Below are positions 1-7,624 of a DNA stretch of 10,298 bases, in pieces (the stretch's first letter is position 1; each line of letters begins with the position of its first letter). The stretch lies in the NCBI GenBank assembly GCA_038042445.1, contig JBBTED010000052.1, forward strand, positions 4,506-14,803, given 5' to 3'. Source of the stretch: Candidatus Firestoneibacteriota bacterium. Lineage in GTDB: Bacteria; Oederibacteriota; D2-FULL-39-29; JBBTED01. Under the pieces are notes generated by a model. It did not search any database, was not told where the DNA came from, and saw nothing but the letters and a program-made list of their open reading frames with translations. Position numbers and translations under genes: made by a program.

Positions 1-699
1 CGCAATATCTTTTTTAGCCACTCCGCCTTTTGAAAAAGTCAGTAATCCCATAAATGGTTTGCCGGCATCCGCACGCTCGGCAATCACTTCAGCGGCGGTA
101 TAACCATGAGTCGCGTAATGAAGTTTATTTTGTACAATCTTGAAAAATTCTATTGATTCGGTGGATTTTGGATCATAATCTTGACTGGTCGCATACAAAT
201 CAAGCACTTGGCGATATAAAACCTTTTCACTACTACGGATATCACGAATACGATCGAGCAGTTCATGCCAATATTTACCCCCTCCGCTCTCTTTGAGAAA
301 ATCGTCATTCATTGTAAAACCTTTGCGAATATACTCATTCAAACGCTGAGTTGCCCAAATACGAAAATTCGTAGCAATGCGGGATTTAATACGGTATCCA
401 AGTGAAATAATCATATCAAGATTGTACAGGTTCACGCCTATTGTCTGGGTTTTTCCCTCTATCGCACCGTGCTTAGTGGTTGTTCGGAATTTCCGAACAA
501 CCACTTTCTCATCCAATTCACCGTCGGAGAATATATGTTTAATGTGTCCGCTAATATTGGCTTTACTGGATTGATACAAATCCACCAGCTGTGACTGGGT
601 AAGCCAGACTGTATCATCTTCCAAACGAACATCAATTTTTACCGCATTGGCTTCGTTTTGATAAATTATAATTTCACTATTTGGTTGGTTATTTTTCAT
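1..699 (-). CDS. rhuM: RhuM-family (virulence RhuM / DNA-binding) protein, 3' end runs off the window
   Basis: Not in the ORF track because there is no stop in the window. ATG at 699, 5 bp after the hsdM stop, open to position 1: MKNNQPNSEIIIYQNEANAVKIDVRLEDDTVWLTQSQLVDLYQSSKANISGHIKHIFSDGEL...YNLDMIISLGYRIKSRIATNFRIWATQRLNEYIRKGFTMNDD...ELLDRIRDIRSSEKVLYRQVLDLYATSQDYDP...VQNKLHYATHGYTAAEVI. These blocks are characteristic of RhuM, and rhuM genes commonly sit inside type I R-M loci. Confidence 0.9.
   Translation of the reverse strand, partial: MKNNQPNSEIIIYQNEANAVKIDVRLEDDTVWLTQSQLVDLYQSSKANISGHIKHIFSDGELDEKVVVRKFRTTTKHGAIEGKTQTIGVNLYNLDMIISLGYRIKSRIATNFRIWATQRLNEYIRKGFTMNDDFLKESGGGKYWHELLDRIRDIRSSEKVLYRQVLDLYATSQDYDPKSTESIEFFKIVQNKLHYATHGYTAAEVIAERADAGKPFMGLLTFSKGGVAKKDIA
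475..505. repeat. Perfect inverted repeat (15-bp arms, 1-nt centre) inside the rhuM coding sequence
   Basis: AGTGGTTGTTCGGAA-T-TTCCGAACAACCACT; the arms are exact reverse complements; encodes about VVVRKFRTTT on the minus strand. Confidence 0.95.
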
Positions 700-704
700 A
701 TAAT

Positions 705-2279
705 TTATTTAGATTCAATATCCTCAACAATCTCGTCAATCGCCGCACGGAGTTCGCTTTGCCGTGCGACTATTTTGGCGATTTTTGCATTGAGCGTAGT
801 GATATCTACCACTTCGCGCGTATCTTCTGCCACGACATAACTTGAAACGGCGATGTTGTAATCGTTCTCGGCAATGGTTTTATTATCAACAAGCTTGGCA
901 AAGTATTCGGCGTTTTTGCGGGCTTTGAATGCTTCCAAAATCTTGAGGCGGTTTGTCTCACTCAATTTATTTTTATTGCCACCACGAACAAACTCAGCCG
1001 AAGCATCAATAAAAAAAGTTTTGTTATCTTTCTTGCTTTTCTTAAGAACAATGACGCAGGTGGCAATAGTCGTCCCAAAAAAGAGATCAGGCGGAAGTTG
1101 GATCACAGTATCAATGTAGTTGTTATCTACCAGATATTTACGGATCTTCTGCTCCGCGCCGCCGCGATAAAGCACTCCGGGAAATTCAACAATCGCCGCC
1201 GTGCCGCTGGTGGAAAGCCATGAAAGCATGTGCATAGTAAAAGCAAGATCAGCCTTGCTCTTGGGTGCCAAAACTCCTGCTGGTGAAAAGCGCGGGTCGT
1301 TGATGAGAAGCGGATTACTGTCGCCTTCCCACTTGATGGAATACGGCGGATTGGAAACTATCGCGTCAAAAGGCTCATCATCCCAGTGCTTTGGATCGGT
1401 TAGCGTATCACCGTGGGCGATATCAAAATGATTGTAATTAATATCATGCAAGAACATGTTTATACGACAAAGATTATAGATAGTGAGGTTGATTTCCTGT
1501 CCAAAGAACCCTTGCCGCACATTTTCTTTGCCGAGGACTTTAACGAATTTTAGGAGCAAAGAACCAGAACCGCAAGCTGGATCGTAAACCTTGTTCACTT
1601 CTTTTTTGCCAACCGTGGTGATCTCAGCAAGAAGTTCGCTGACTTCCTGCGGGGTGAAAAATTCCCCGCCTGACTTTCCTGCATTTGCGGCATACATAGT
1701 CATCAAAAATTCATATGCATCACCAAAAGCGTCTATCGTATTATCGTAGTAATTTCCAAGTTTGAGGCCGCCGATAGATTCAAAAAGCTTGGCGAGTCTC
1801 TGATTGCGTTTTTCTACCGTTTGTCCCAGTTTATTGGAATTTACATCAAGATCATCAAACAAACCCTTAATATCATCTTCACTGTCTGCGCCTTTGGCAG
1901 AATTTTCAATATTACTAAAAACGGCAGTAAGGGTTTCATTAAGGTTGGCGTCGTTGCGGGCATTTTTTTGAACATTCACAAAAAGATGGCTTGGTAAAAT
2001 ATAAAAACCTTTTTCTTTTACGGTATCGGCTCGACCGAATTCAGCTTCTTTATTAGAAAGCGTGACATAGTCAAAATCTTTTTTACCCGCACGGCGTTCA
2101 TCAGCATTGATATAATTGGTCAAATTTTCACTAATGAAACGATAAAAGAGTATCCCGAGCACATACTGCTTGAAATCCCAGCCGTCCACACTACCGCGCA
2201 GATCATTGGCGATCTGCCAGATGGCGCGGTGCAGTTCAGCACGTTCCTGCTCTTTGGTTGTGTTGTGATTATTTGCCAT
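705..2279 (-). CDS. hsdM: Type I restriction-modification system methyltransferase subunit M (N6-adenine)
   Basis: 524 aa. HsdM N-terminus (LHRAIWQIANDLRGSVDGWDFKQYVLGILFYRFISE), GKSGGEFFTPQEVS, SAM-binding motif I VYDPACGSGSLL, catalytic motif IV VSNPPY, GVLYRGGAE. Confidence 0.97.
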   Translation of the reverse strand: MANNHNTTKEQERAELHRAIWQIANDLRGSVDGWDFKQYVLGILFYRFISENLTNYINADERRAGKKDFDYVTLSNKEAEFGRADTVKEKGFYILPSHLFVNVQKNARNDANLNETLTAVFSNIENSAKGADSEDDIKGLFDDLDVNSNKLGQTVEKRNQRLAKLFESIGGLKLGNYYDNTIDAFGDAYEFLMTMYAANAGKSGGEFFTPQEVSELLAEITTVGKKEVNKVYDPACGSGSLLLKFVKVLGKENVRQGFFGQEINLTIYNLCRINMFLHDINYNHFDIAHGDTLTDPKHWDDEPFDAIVSNPPYSIKWEGDSNPLLINDPRFSPAGVLAPKSKADLAFTMHMLSWLSTSGTAAIVEFPGVLYRGGAEQKIRKYLVDNNYIDTVIQLPPDLFFGTTIATCVIVLKKSKKDNKTFFIDASAEFVRGGNKNKLSETNRLKILEAFKARKNAEYFAKLVDNKTIAENDYNIAVSSYVVAEDTREVVDITTLNAKIAKIVARQSELRAAIDEIVEDIESK

Positions 2280-2297
2280 AGTTTATGCTCGCACCTT

Positions 2298-2459
2298 TTA
2301 TTTATTCTTTTTCTTTTGCCAGTCTTTTATATCACGATCAATCAGATTCCGAATAATCGAGATGATAGAGGCGTTTTTATTCTGCTTTTGCAACTCCAAA
2401 GCTTTCTCTTTTAAGAAAAAATATTGCTCCTCACTGATTTCTATTGTGGTTTTTTTCAT
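2298..2459 (-). CDS. Small ribbon-helix-helix (CopG/Arc-like) DNA-binding protein, putative regulator
   Basis: MKKTTIEISEEQYFFLKEKALELQKQNKNASIISIIRNLIDRDIKDWQKKKNK shows an alternating beta-strand (KKTTIEI), helix A, a loop and an S-xx-helix B pattern. ATG 2459 has AAGGTGAG upstream; an alternative in-frame ATG at 2486 has AAGGAG upstream. It lies between a good promoter and hsdM. Confidence 0.7.
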   Translation of the reverse strand: MKKTTIEISEEQYFFLKEKALELQKQNKNASIISIIRNLIDRDIKDWQKKKNK

Positions 2460-2516
2460 CTTTGGCTCACCTTTAATCTGGTTCATAAAGATAGCTCCTT
2501 TGCCTTTATTCCCATA

Positions 2517-2545
2517 AATATAGCAATATAGCAGGCAAAAGTCAA
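2517..2545 (-). promoter_or_regulatory. Sigma70-type promoter for the RHH-hsdM-rhuM unit
   Basis: Minus strand TTGACT (2545-2540), 17 bp, TATATT (2522-2517), with an extended -10 TG (TGcTATATT). Confidence 0.75.
2518..2533. repeat. Tandem 8-bp direct repeat (TGCTATAT x2 on minus strand) overlapping the promoter spacer and -10; candidate operator
   Basis: Plus strand ATATAGCA-ATATAGCA at 2518-2533. The repeat is seen directly; the operator role is inferred. Confidence 0.55.
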
Positions 2546-4126
2546 TTATCTTATGAATATTGGGTTTGAAACGAGTATACTGCCGTCACTTATAGCATCA
2601 AATCTATAGTAATTTAGACCATTATTTAAAGGATTGTTATCTGTGTAATTTATTTCTTCGCCTGTAATAGTATTAAACGTTTTAATTACTTCACCATTTT
2701 TAAACAAACGAATCTCAATCGGGTAATTCATATCAGATGTTATTTTTATTTTTATCAATGGCGATTTGCTCACAGTAATTTCTTCGCCCATATTGGCTTT
2801 ATTTTCACCATCATTCACAGAAAAATGGACAAGGTCAAGATATACTATGTTTTTTTGGAAAGCATACATAGAACCAGATTTTAATGCCTGCAATACTCCA
2901 TCTTTAGTTTTTTCTTTCGCAAATAGAATTGTAAAAATTGAACCTATAGAATTTCCACCTTCATATTCTAATTCACCTATTGCCCATACAGGCTTTTTTC
3001 TCTCACCACGGCAATATTCTAAAAGTATCTTATCCCAAATACCTTTAGGCTGACAAATAATTTTATAGCCCATTGAAAGCGCAGAAAAACCTGTCCATCC
3101 ATCTGTAGCAAGTAAATAATCTGTATATTTTGGAGTAAGTATTTTAAGCCATCCAATATTAACCAAATAATCTGCTTCAGGATGTGCCCAAAAAATTAGC
3201 CCTCCTTTTTCAGATACGTAATTTATTAAATTCTGATATGGAGATTCTCTTTTGTCTTTGTGATACTGATCAAATTCAAAATGTTTATACGGATAATTAT
3301 TTATTGCAAAAATTAAACTTATTACAATTACTACACCTCCTAATGGTCTGATAAAATGTCTTTCAACAATAAAAGCGCGGTCTTTATATGTTATATGTTT
3401 GACTTTTGGCAATAAAAAAATCCAGATTCCAAGCACTAAAAAAAATATTGGAGAAAATTTTAGCAAACTGTACAAATCATACCTGCCTGCATTCCTGTTT
3501 GAAACAAGCGGTAAATTCCTATAATCCACTGAATTGTCTAACCCTAAAACTAATAAATGTTTATTCCATTCATCAACTGATAGATTTCTTTTAAAAAACG
3601 AGCCTTCCCAATAATAAAATGGCGATGATTCAGCACCTGCAATTATTATTACATCACTATATTTTTGGCGAACTTCATTAATATCCTCAAGATATTTAGC
3701 TGGACCATATTTAAGTATAGAGCCTTTCTCCACTGTTTTTTTAAATACATTTCTAAAAGGCAAAATACCATATTCCCATTTCATAATGTCATGGTCAGTA
3801 AAAAATACTACATCTATATTTTTTTCTCTTGCAAGTTTAGCAATATAATCAAAAGAATTGGCTTTGTCAGAACTTACAGATGAATGAACATGAATAATTG
3901 CTTTTAATTTTATTGGTGTATTTACAGACTCAACTATTGAATAATTTATAAATAGAAAAATGAAGAACCCTGCGTAAACAAGAATCCAGATGGTTTTGTT
4001 TTTCCTGGATTCCCACTCCCTGTTTAAAGCATACAGGGACAAGCTTCGTGGGAATGACTTGACAATTCCCTGTAACACGCTACAGGGAATTATCAAGTCA
4101 ATTAGAATAAGTAAATAAAGAATCAT
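2546..4126 (-). CDS. Membrane-anchored PHP-fold metallohydrolase (CehA/McbA-like) with internal TM hairpin and C-terminal beta-rich domain
   Basis: 526 aa. PHP motifs AIIHVHS..SD, FFTDHD, GAE, KHLLVLG, WAHP; two internal hydrophobic segments (PIFFLVLGIWIFLLP, GGVVIVISLIFAI); C-terminus YYRFDA...SNPIFI typical of this group. The ATG is preceded by GAGGAG and overlaps the GT4 3' end. Confidence 0.75.
   Translation of the reverse strand: MILYLLILIDLIIPCSVLQGIVKSFPRSLSLYALNREWESRKNKTIWILVYAGFFIFLFINYSIVESVNTPIKLKAIIHVHSSVSSDKANSFDYIAKLAREKNIDVVFFTDHDIMKWEYGILPFRNVFKKTVEKGSILKYGPAKYLEDINEVRQKYSDVIIIAGAESSPFYYWEGSFFKRNLSVDEWNKHLLVLGLDNSVDYRNLPLVSNRNAGRYDLYSLLKFSPIFFLVLGIWIFLLPKVKHITYKDRAFIVERHFIRPLGGVVIVISLIFAINNYPYKHFEFDQYHKDKRESPYQNLINYVSEKGGLIFWAHPEADYLVNIGWLKILTPKYTDYLLATDGWTGFSALSMGYKIICQPKGIWDKILLEYCRGERKKPVWAIGELEYEGGNSIGSIFTILFAKEKTKDGVLQALKSGSMYAFQKNIVYLDLVHFSVNDGENKANMGEEITVSKSPLIKIKITSDMNYPIEIRLFKNGEVIKTFNTITGEEINYTDNNPLNNGLNYYRFDAISDGSILVSNPIFIR
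3969..4058. repeat. GTCATTCCC...GGGAATCCAG-type palindromic element with nested hairpin, plus a decayed inverted partner copy
   Basis: Outer stem ATTCCCAC (4009-4016) / GTGGGAAT (4048-4055); inner stem TCCCTGT (4017-4023) / ACAGGGA (4033-4039); GAATCCAG (3982-3989) is inverted to CTGGATTC (4005-4012). Resembles the widespread GTCATTCCCGCG-N-GCGGGAATCCA repeats (Rickettsia RPE / Neisseria dRS3-like ATTCCC...GGGAAT). Confidence 0.75.
4055..4100. repeat. Long hairpin with 20-bp arms (1 mismatch) and 6-nt loop; MITE/REP-like
   Basis: TGACTTGACAATTCCCTGTA-ACACGC-TACAGGGAATTATCAAGTCA. The single mismatch is a U-G wobble in the minus-strand transcript. Confidence 0.9.
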
Positions 4127-5228
4127 AAAGCTCCTCTGTTTTTTTTACCATTTTATCTATGCTAAAATTTTCCGACCAAATCAACGCATTCTTTGACATA
4201 AATGTATAGAGTTTTTCATCAGTTAATAACTTAATAATTGCATCTGACAAAGCTAAAGAATTTTTAGGCTCTACCAATATACCTGTTTCACCATCTTTTA
4301 CTACTTCGGGAATACCTCCCACCCTTGTTGCTACTACAGGCAAACCACACGCTTGAGCTTCCAGTAAAACAAGCCCCATCCCTTCATTTAATGAAGAGAG
4401 CACAGCTATTTTACATTCCGATAAAATTTGTAAAACATCATCACGTTCCCCTAAAAAAATTATATTAGAAGACATATTAAGTTCTTTAACTTTCAATTCC
4501 AGTGTTTGTCTTAAATAACCATCTCCAACAATAATTGCCTGTGTCTCTGGAACCTTTTTAATAATTTCTCTCATCGCCTCAAAAAAATAAATATGCCCTT
4601 TTATCGAAACTAAACGCCCAACAAAAACAATATTTTTTGTAGCGGGCGAATTACTATTCGCCTTTTGCATCCTAAATCGCTCAAGATTTATTCCGTTTGG
4701 TATTATTACAAATTTATCATCAGTTCCTATATTAAGTTTTAAATGATCTTTTTTTTCAAGCTCTGTAAATACAATTATTTTAGTACTAAATTTAGATGCA
4801 AATCTTTCTAAAACAATAAAAAGCTGTGATTTTAAATAGTTAAAATATCCGTAAAACATATGTCCATGTGGGGTATGAACTATTTTAGGAATTTTTGCTA
4901 ATCTAGATGCAAATCTCCCAAGAAATCCTGTTTTAGAAGTATGTGTATGAACTATCTGAAATTTTTCGCGCTTGAAAATTTTATACAACTTCCACAATAC
5001 TATCATATCCTTAACAGGATTAATTTCTCTGGTTAATTCAGGAACATATATTATTTTAATTTTGTGTAATAATGCAATTTCTTCTATTTTCTCCTTTGTC
5101 TTGGCAAATGGGGCAAGAATTAAAGTGATTTGATATTTTTCTTTATTTAATTTTGATATAAGCGCCACCAAAATATCATAAGTACCACCCGGCTCAATTC
5201 TTGTTATTACCTGTGCTATTTTAATCAT
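4098..5228 (-). CDS. Glycosyltransferase family 4 (GT-B fold)
   Basis: 376 aa. IVHTHTSKTGFLGRFA, HTPHGH, IPNGI, FVGRLVSIKG, and the EX7E motif EGMGLVLLEAQACGLPVVATRVGGIPEVV. The start overlaps the radical SAM stop (TAATG). Confidence 0.95.
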   Translation of the reverse strand: MIKIAQVITRIEPGGTYDILVALISKLNKEKYQITLILAPFAKTKEKIEEIALLHKIKIIYVPELTREINPVKDMIVLWKLYKIFKREKFQIVHTHTSKTGFLGRFASRLAKIPKIVHTPHGHMFYGYFNYLKSQLFIVLERFASKFSTKIIVFTELEKKDHLKLNIGTDDKFVIIPNGINLERFRMQKANSNSPATKNIVFVGRLVSIKGHIYFFEAMREIIKKVPETQAIIVGDGYLRQTLELKVKELNMSSNIIFLGERDDVLQILSECKIAVLSSLNEGMGLVLLEAQACGLPVVATRVGGIPEVVKDGETGILVEPKNSLALSDAIIKLLTDEKLYTFMSKNALIWSENFSIDKMVKKTEELYDSLFTYSN

Positions 5229-6391
5229 TAGTATCTATAGAATTCTGTACACTTGGGGCAAATAGGAAACATACATTCTTTTTTTAGTGTCCTGCGAAAT
5301 GCAATAAAATCTTTAGAATTCCAGATATCAGTAAATTTATTCTGCTGAATATTCCCTACAGAATAACCCAGTGTAAGGCAAGGCCATACTTCACCATTTG
5401 GATATATATAAGCAGTAACCCATGGACTCATACATTTTTTTGAATAACCTTTTGATATAAAATCGGGGTTTGCATAATATTCTTTTATTTCATCGCCTGT
5501 AAAATTTGGATAAAAATTAACCACGACTTTTTTCTTCCTGCTATTTATTAGATTTATTTTCTCTAACAATTCTTTCGCATTAATTTCAGTTAAACTTTTA
5601 AAAGCAAATCCCGACCAATCCAAAGACGAAGCACCAAAACACTTTTGGAACATTTCATTGTGCTTTTTCACTGTGTTTTCATCAGTAAATATCAAATGAT
5701 GAAAATTAAGTGTATGAGCTTTAAATTTTTCAGCAACATCAATCATTTCATCCAGATATTTAATATTAGCATTAGATATCACACAGACAATATTTATTAT
5801 GGGAAACTTACTTTTATTTTGTATTTTTAACTTATTTAATTTATCCATTCCTTCAGATATTCGTGAAAATGTTCCATTTACTCCTCTTACCACATCATGT
5901 ATTTTTTCTGGTCCATCAATTGATATAGATAATTCATCTAATTGATTTTCTACAAACACCTGGGCATATTTAGAAATCATAGTTCCATTTGTTATTATAC
6001 AACAATGCAAATTTCTTTTTTTAATGCCTATAATTAATTTTTCCACCTCAGAATAAAGCAATGGCTCTCCACCAAATAATGTTATATTAGGTTTAAAACC
6101 TGAAACATCATTCAACAGTTTTTCAAGCAATTCAATACTTAATTCTTCTTTAATCACCTGAGATGAATATTTTTTTGATGAGCCCATTTCTCCCCACTGA
6201 CCGCACATCTGGCAACGCAAATTGCATTTATATGTCAGAAAAAGTGTCAAACTTTCAGGCAAAGTACTTTTTCCAGAATAAAAATTGTAAGCAAGGTATG
6301 ATTTAAAACGCCGATAAAAAGCTTTGCACGCATAAGCTGGTTCAAACAACGCCTTCTGCAGATTTCTTATAATATTTCTTCTTGGAATCAT
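5228..6391 (-). CDS. Radical SAM enzyme with C-terminal Twitch/SPASM auxiliary Fe-S domain
   Basis: 387 aa. CX3CX2C motif CNLRCQMC, GGEPLL, ITNG, SIDGPEKIHDVVRG; C-terminal CMSPW...PNGEVWPC...GNI...IWN...CPKC. Confidence 0.93.
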   Translation of the reverse strand: MIPRRNIIRNLQKALFEPAYACKAFYRRFKSYLAYNFYSGKSTLPESLTLFLTYKCNLRCQMCGQWGEMGSSKKYSSQVIKEELSIELLEKLLNDVSGFKPNITLFGGEPLLYSEVEKLIIGIKKRNLHCCIITNGTMISKYAQVFVENQLDELSISIDGPEKIHDVVRGVNGTFSRISEGMDKLNKLKIQNKSKFPIINIVCVISNANIKYLDEMIDVAEKFKAHTLNFHHLIFTDENTVKKHNEMFQKCFGASSLDWSGFAFKSLTEINAKELLEKINLINSRKKKVVVNFYPNFTGDEIKEYYANPDFISKGYSKKCMSPWVTAYIYPNGEVWPCLTLGYSVGNIQQNKFTDIWNSKDFIAFRRTLKKECMFPICPKCTEFYRY

Positions 6392-6400
6392 AATAATATA

Positions 6401-7615
6401 TTATCCTTTTTCTTTACTAAAAAATTTGAATAACACATTTTTCATTCGTTTAATTGTATTTTTTCTTATAAGCGGATGCACAGGCAAAGTTATCAACCTA
6501 TCTGCAAGATATGCAGCATTTGGAAATGGTTCTTTATCTTTGCGATAGCCTAACTCAAAAATATGATGTAATGGCTTAAAATACATTATAGAAGATTCTA
6601 TTCCTTCATAAAACAATAATCGCATTAATTGTTCTCTTAAACCCTGATGTTTTATAATTATTGGAAATCTATTAAAAGCAGGAACACTATCAGACAAAAT
6701 TTTTGGCAAAATGATTTCTTTTATATCTGACAATTCAGACAAAATTTCAACACCGTTTCTAAATCTTTGATTGGTAAAAACTTCAATTTTTTTAAGTATA
6801 GAAAGCCCAATTGCAGATTGCCAGTTAGTATATTTATAAATTTTGAAATCCTGATGTGGTCTATCACTTTTAAACTTAGATAATACTGGATAAAAAATAC
6901 TGTAAAAAAATGGTCGCACTGCAAATGAAACTGCAAATAACTCCACAGCTAAAATTCTTTGCATATTAGCAGACATTCTATGGATTTCTTTTAATTCTTC
7001 TAAAATTGGCTCTATTAATTCCTCATTATTTACTATTATACATCCACCATTATAAGTAGAAATATTTTTGCCGCGTCCAAAACTTGTAATTCCTACATCT
7101 CCAAAATTTCCAAGTCTTTTGCCACTAAAAATTGATCCCATTGCCTGAGCAGAATCATCTATAACAAAAACATTGTGTTTTTTTGTTATTTTTTCTATTT
7201 GAACTAAATCCAATGGAATTCCGAACATATTCACAGCAATTACACAAAGAGTATTTTGGGTAATCAGCGATTTTAGCTGATTTATATCCATATTAAACGT
7301 TTCAAGTTCAATATCGCATAAAACAGGTTCTAAATTTGCATCTTTTATGGCAAGCATTATTCCAGGAGCTGTATATGCAGGTATTATAACTTCACGTCTA
7401 TCAGGTGAAATTTTTGCAATAGATTTTAATATTATGTATAAACCTGCAGTTCCAGTGTTAATAGTAAAACATTTTTTTGCATCGAAAAATTTTTGCAATT
7501 CATTTTCAAAATCAAAAAGATATCTATCTTCTTGGACAAATAAACTTCTAACTCCACTCAATAGATTATCTAACCCTACTGGAATACCAGCCATTGGAAC
7601 TTTTATAAATTTCAT
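6401..7615 (-). CDS. DegT/DnrJ/EryC1/StrS family PLP-dependent sugar aminotransferase
   Basis: 404 aa. NTGTAGL, EVIIPAYT, VNMFGIP, IDDSAQAMG (PLP-binding Asp), SFGRGKNI (Schiff-base Lys), FPNA...LITLPVHP. Confidence 0.92.
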   Translation of the reverse strand: MKFIKVPMAGIPVGLDNLLSGVRSLFVQEDRYLFDFENELQKFFDAKKCFTINTGTAGLYIILKSIAKISPDRREVIIPAYTAPGIMLAIKDANLEPVLCDIELETFNMDINQLKSLITQNTLCVIAVNMFGIPLDLVQIEKITKKHNVFVIDDSAQAMGSIFSGKRLGNFGDVGITSFGRGKNISTYNGGCIIVNNEELIEPILEELKEIHRMSANMQRILAVELFAVSFAVRPFFYSIFYPVLSKFKSDRPHQDFKIYKYTNWQSAIGLSILKKIEVFTNQRFRNGVEILSELSDIKEIILPKILSDSVPAFNRFPIIIKHQGLREQLMRLLFYEGIESSIMYFKPLHHIFELGYRKDKEPFPNAAYLADRLITLPVHPLIRKNTIKRMKNVLFKFFSKEKG

Positions 7616-7624
7616 TAGATAAAT

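Noticed and set aside
377..1431. Plus-strand ORFs 377-574, 658-840, 874-1119, 1201-1431
   Set aside because: Antisense shadows of rhuM and hsdM with no recognisable motifs.
2483..2515. 10-codon uORF MGIKAKELSL whose TGA overlaps the ATG at 2486
   Set aside because: Its ATG is 1 nt from the -10 box, upstream of the expected transcription start, so it could only be translated from read-through RNA; it has no SD.
4005..4100. Repeated TCCCTGT...ACAGGGA units as a mini CRISPR array
   Set aside because: Only two non-identical units, no regular repeat-spacer period and no cas genes; better explained as palindromic elements.
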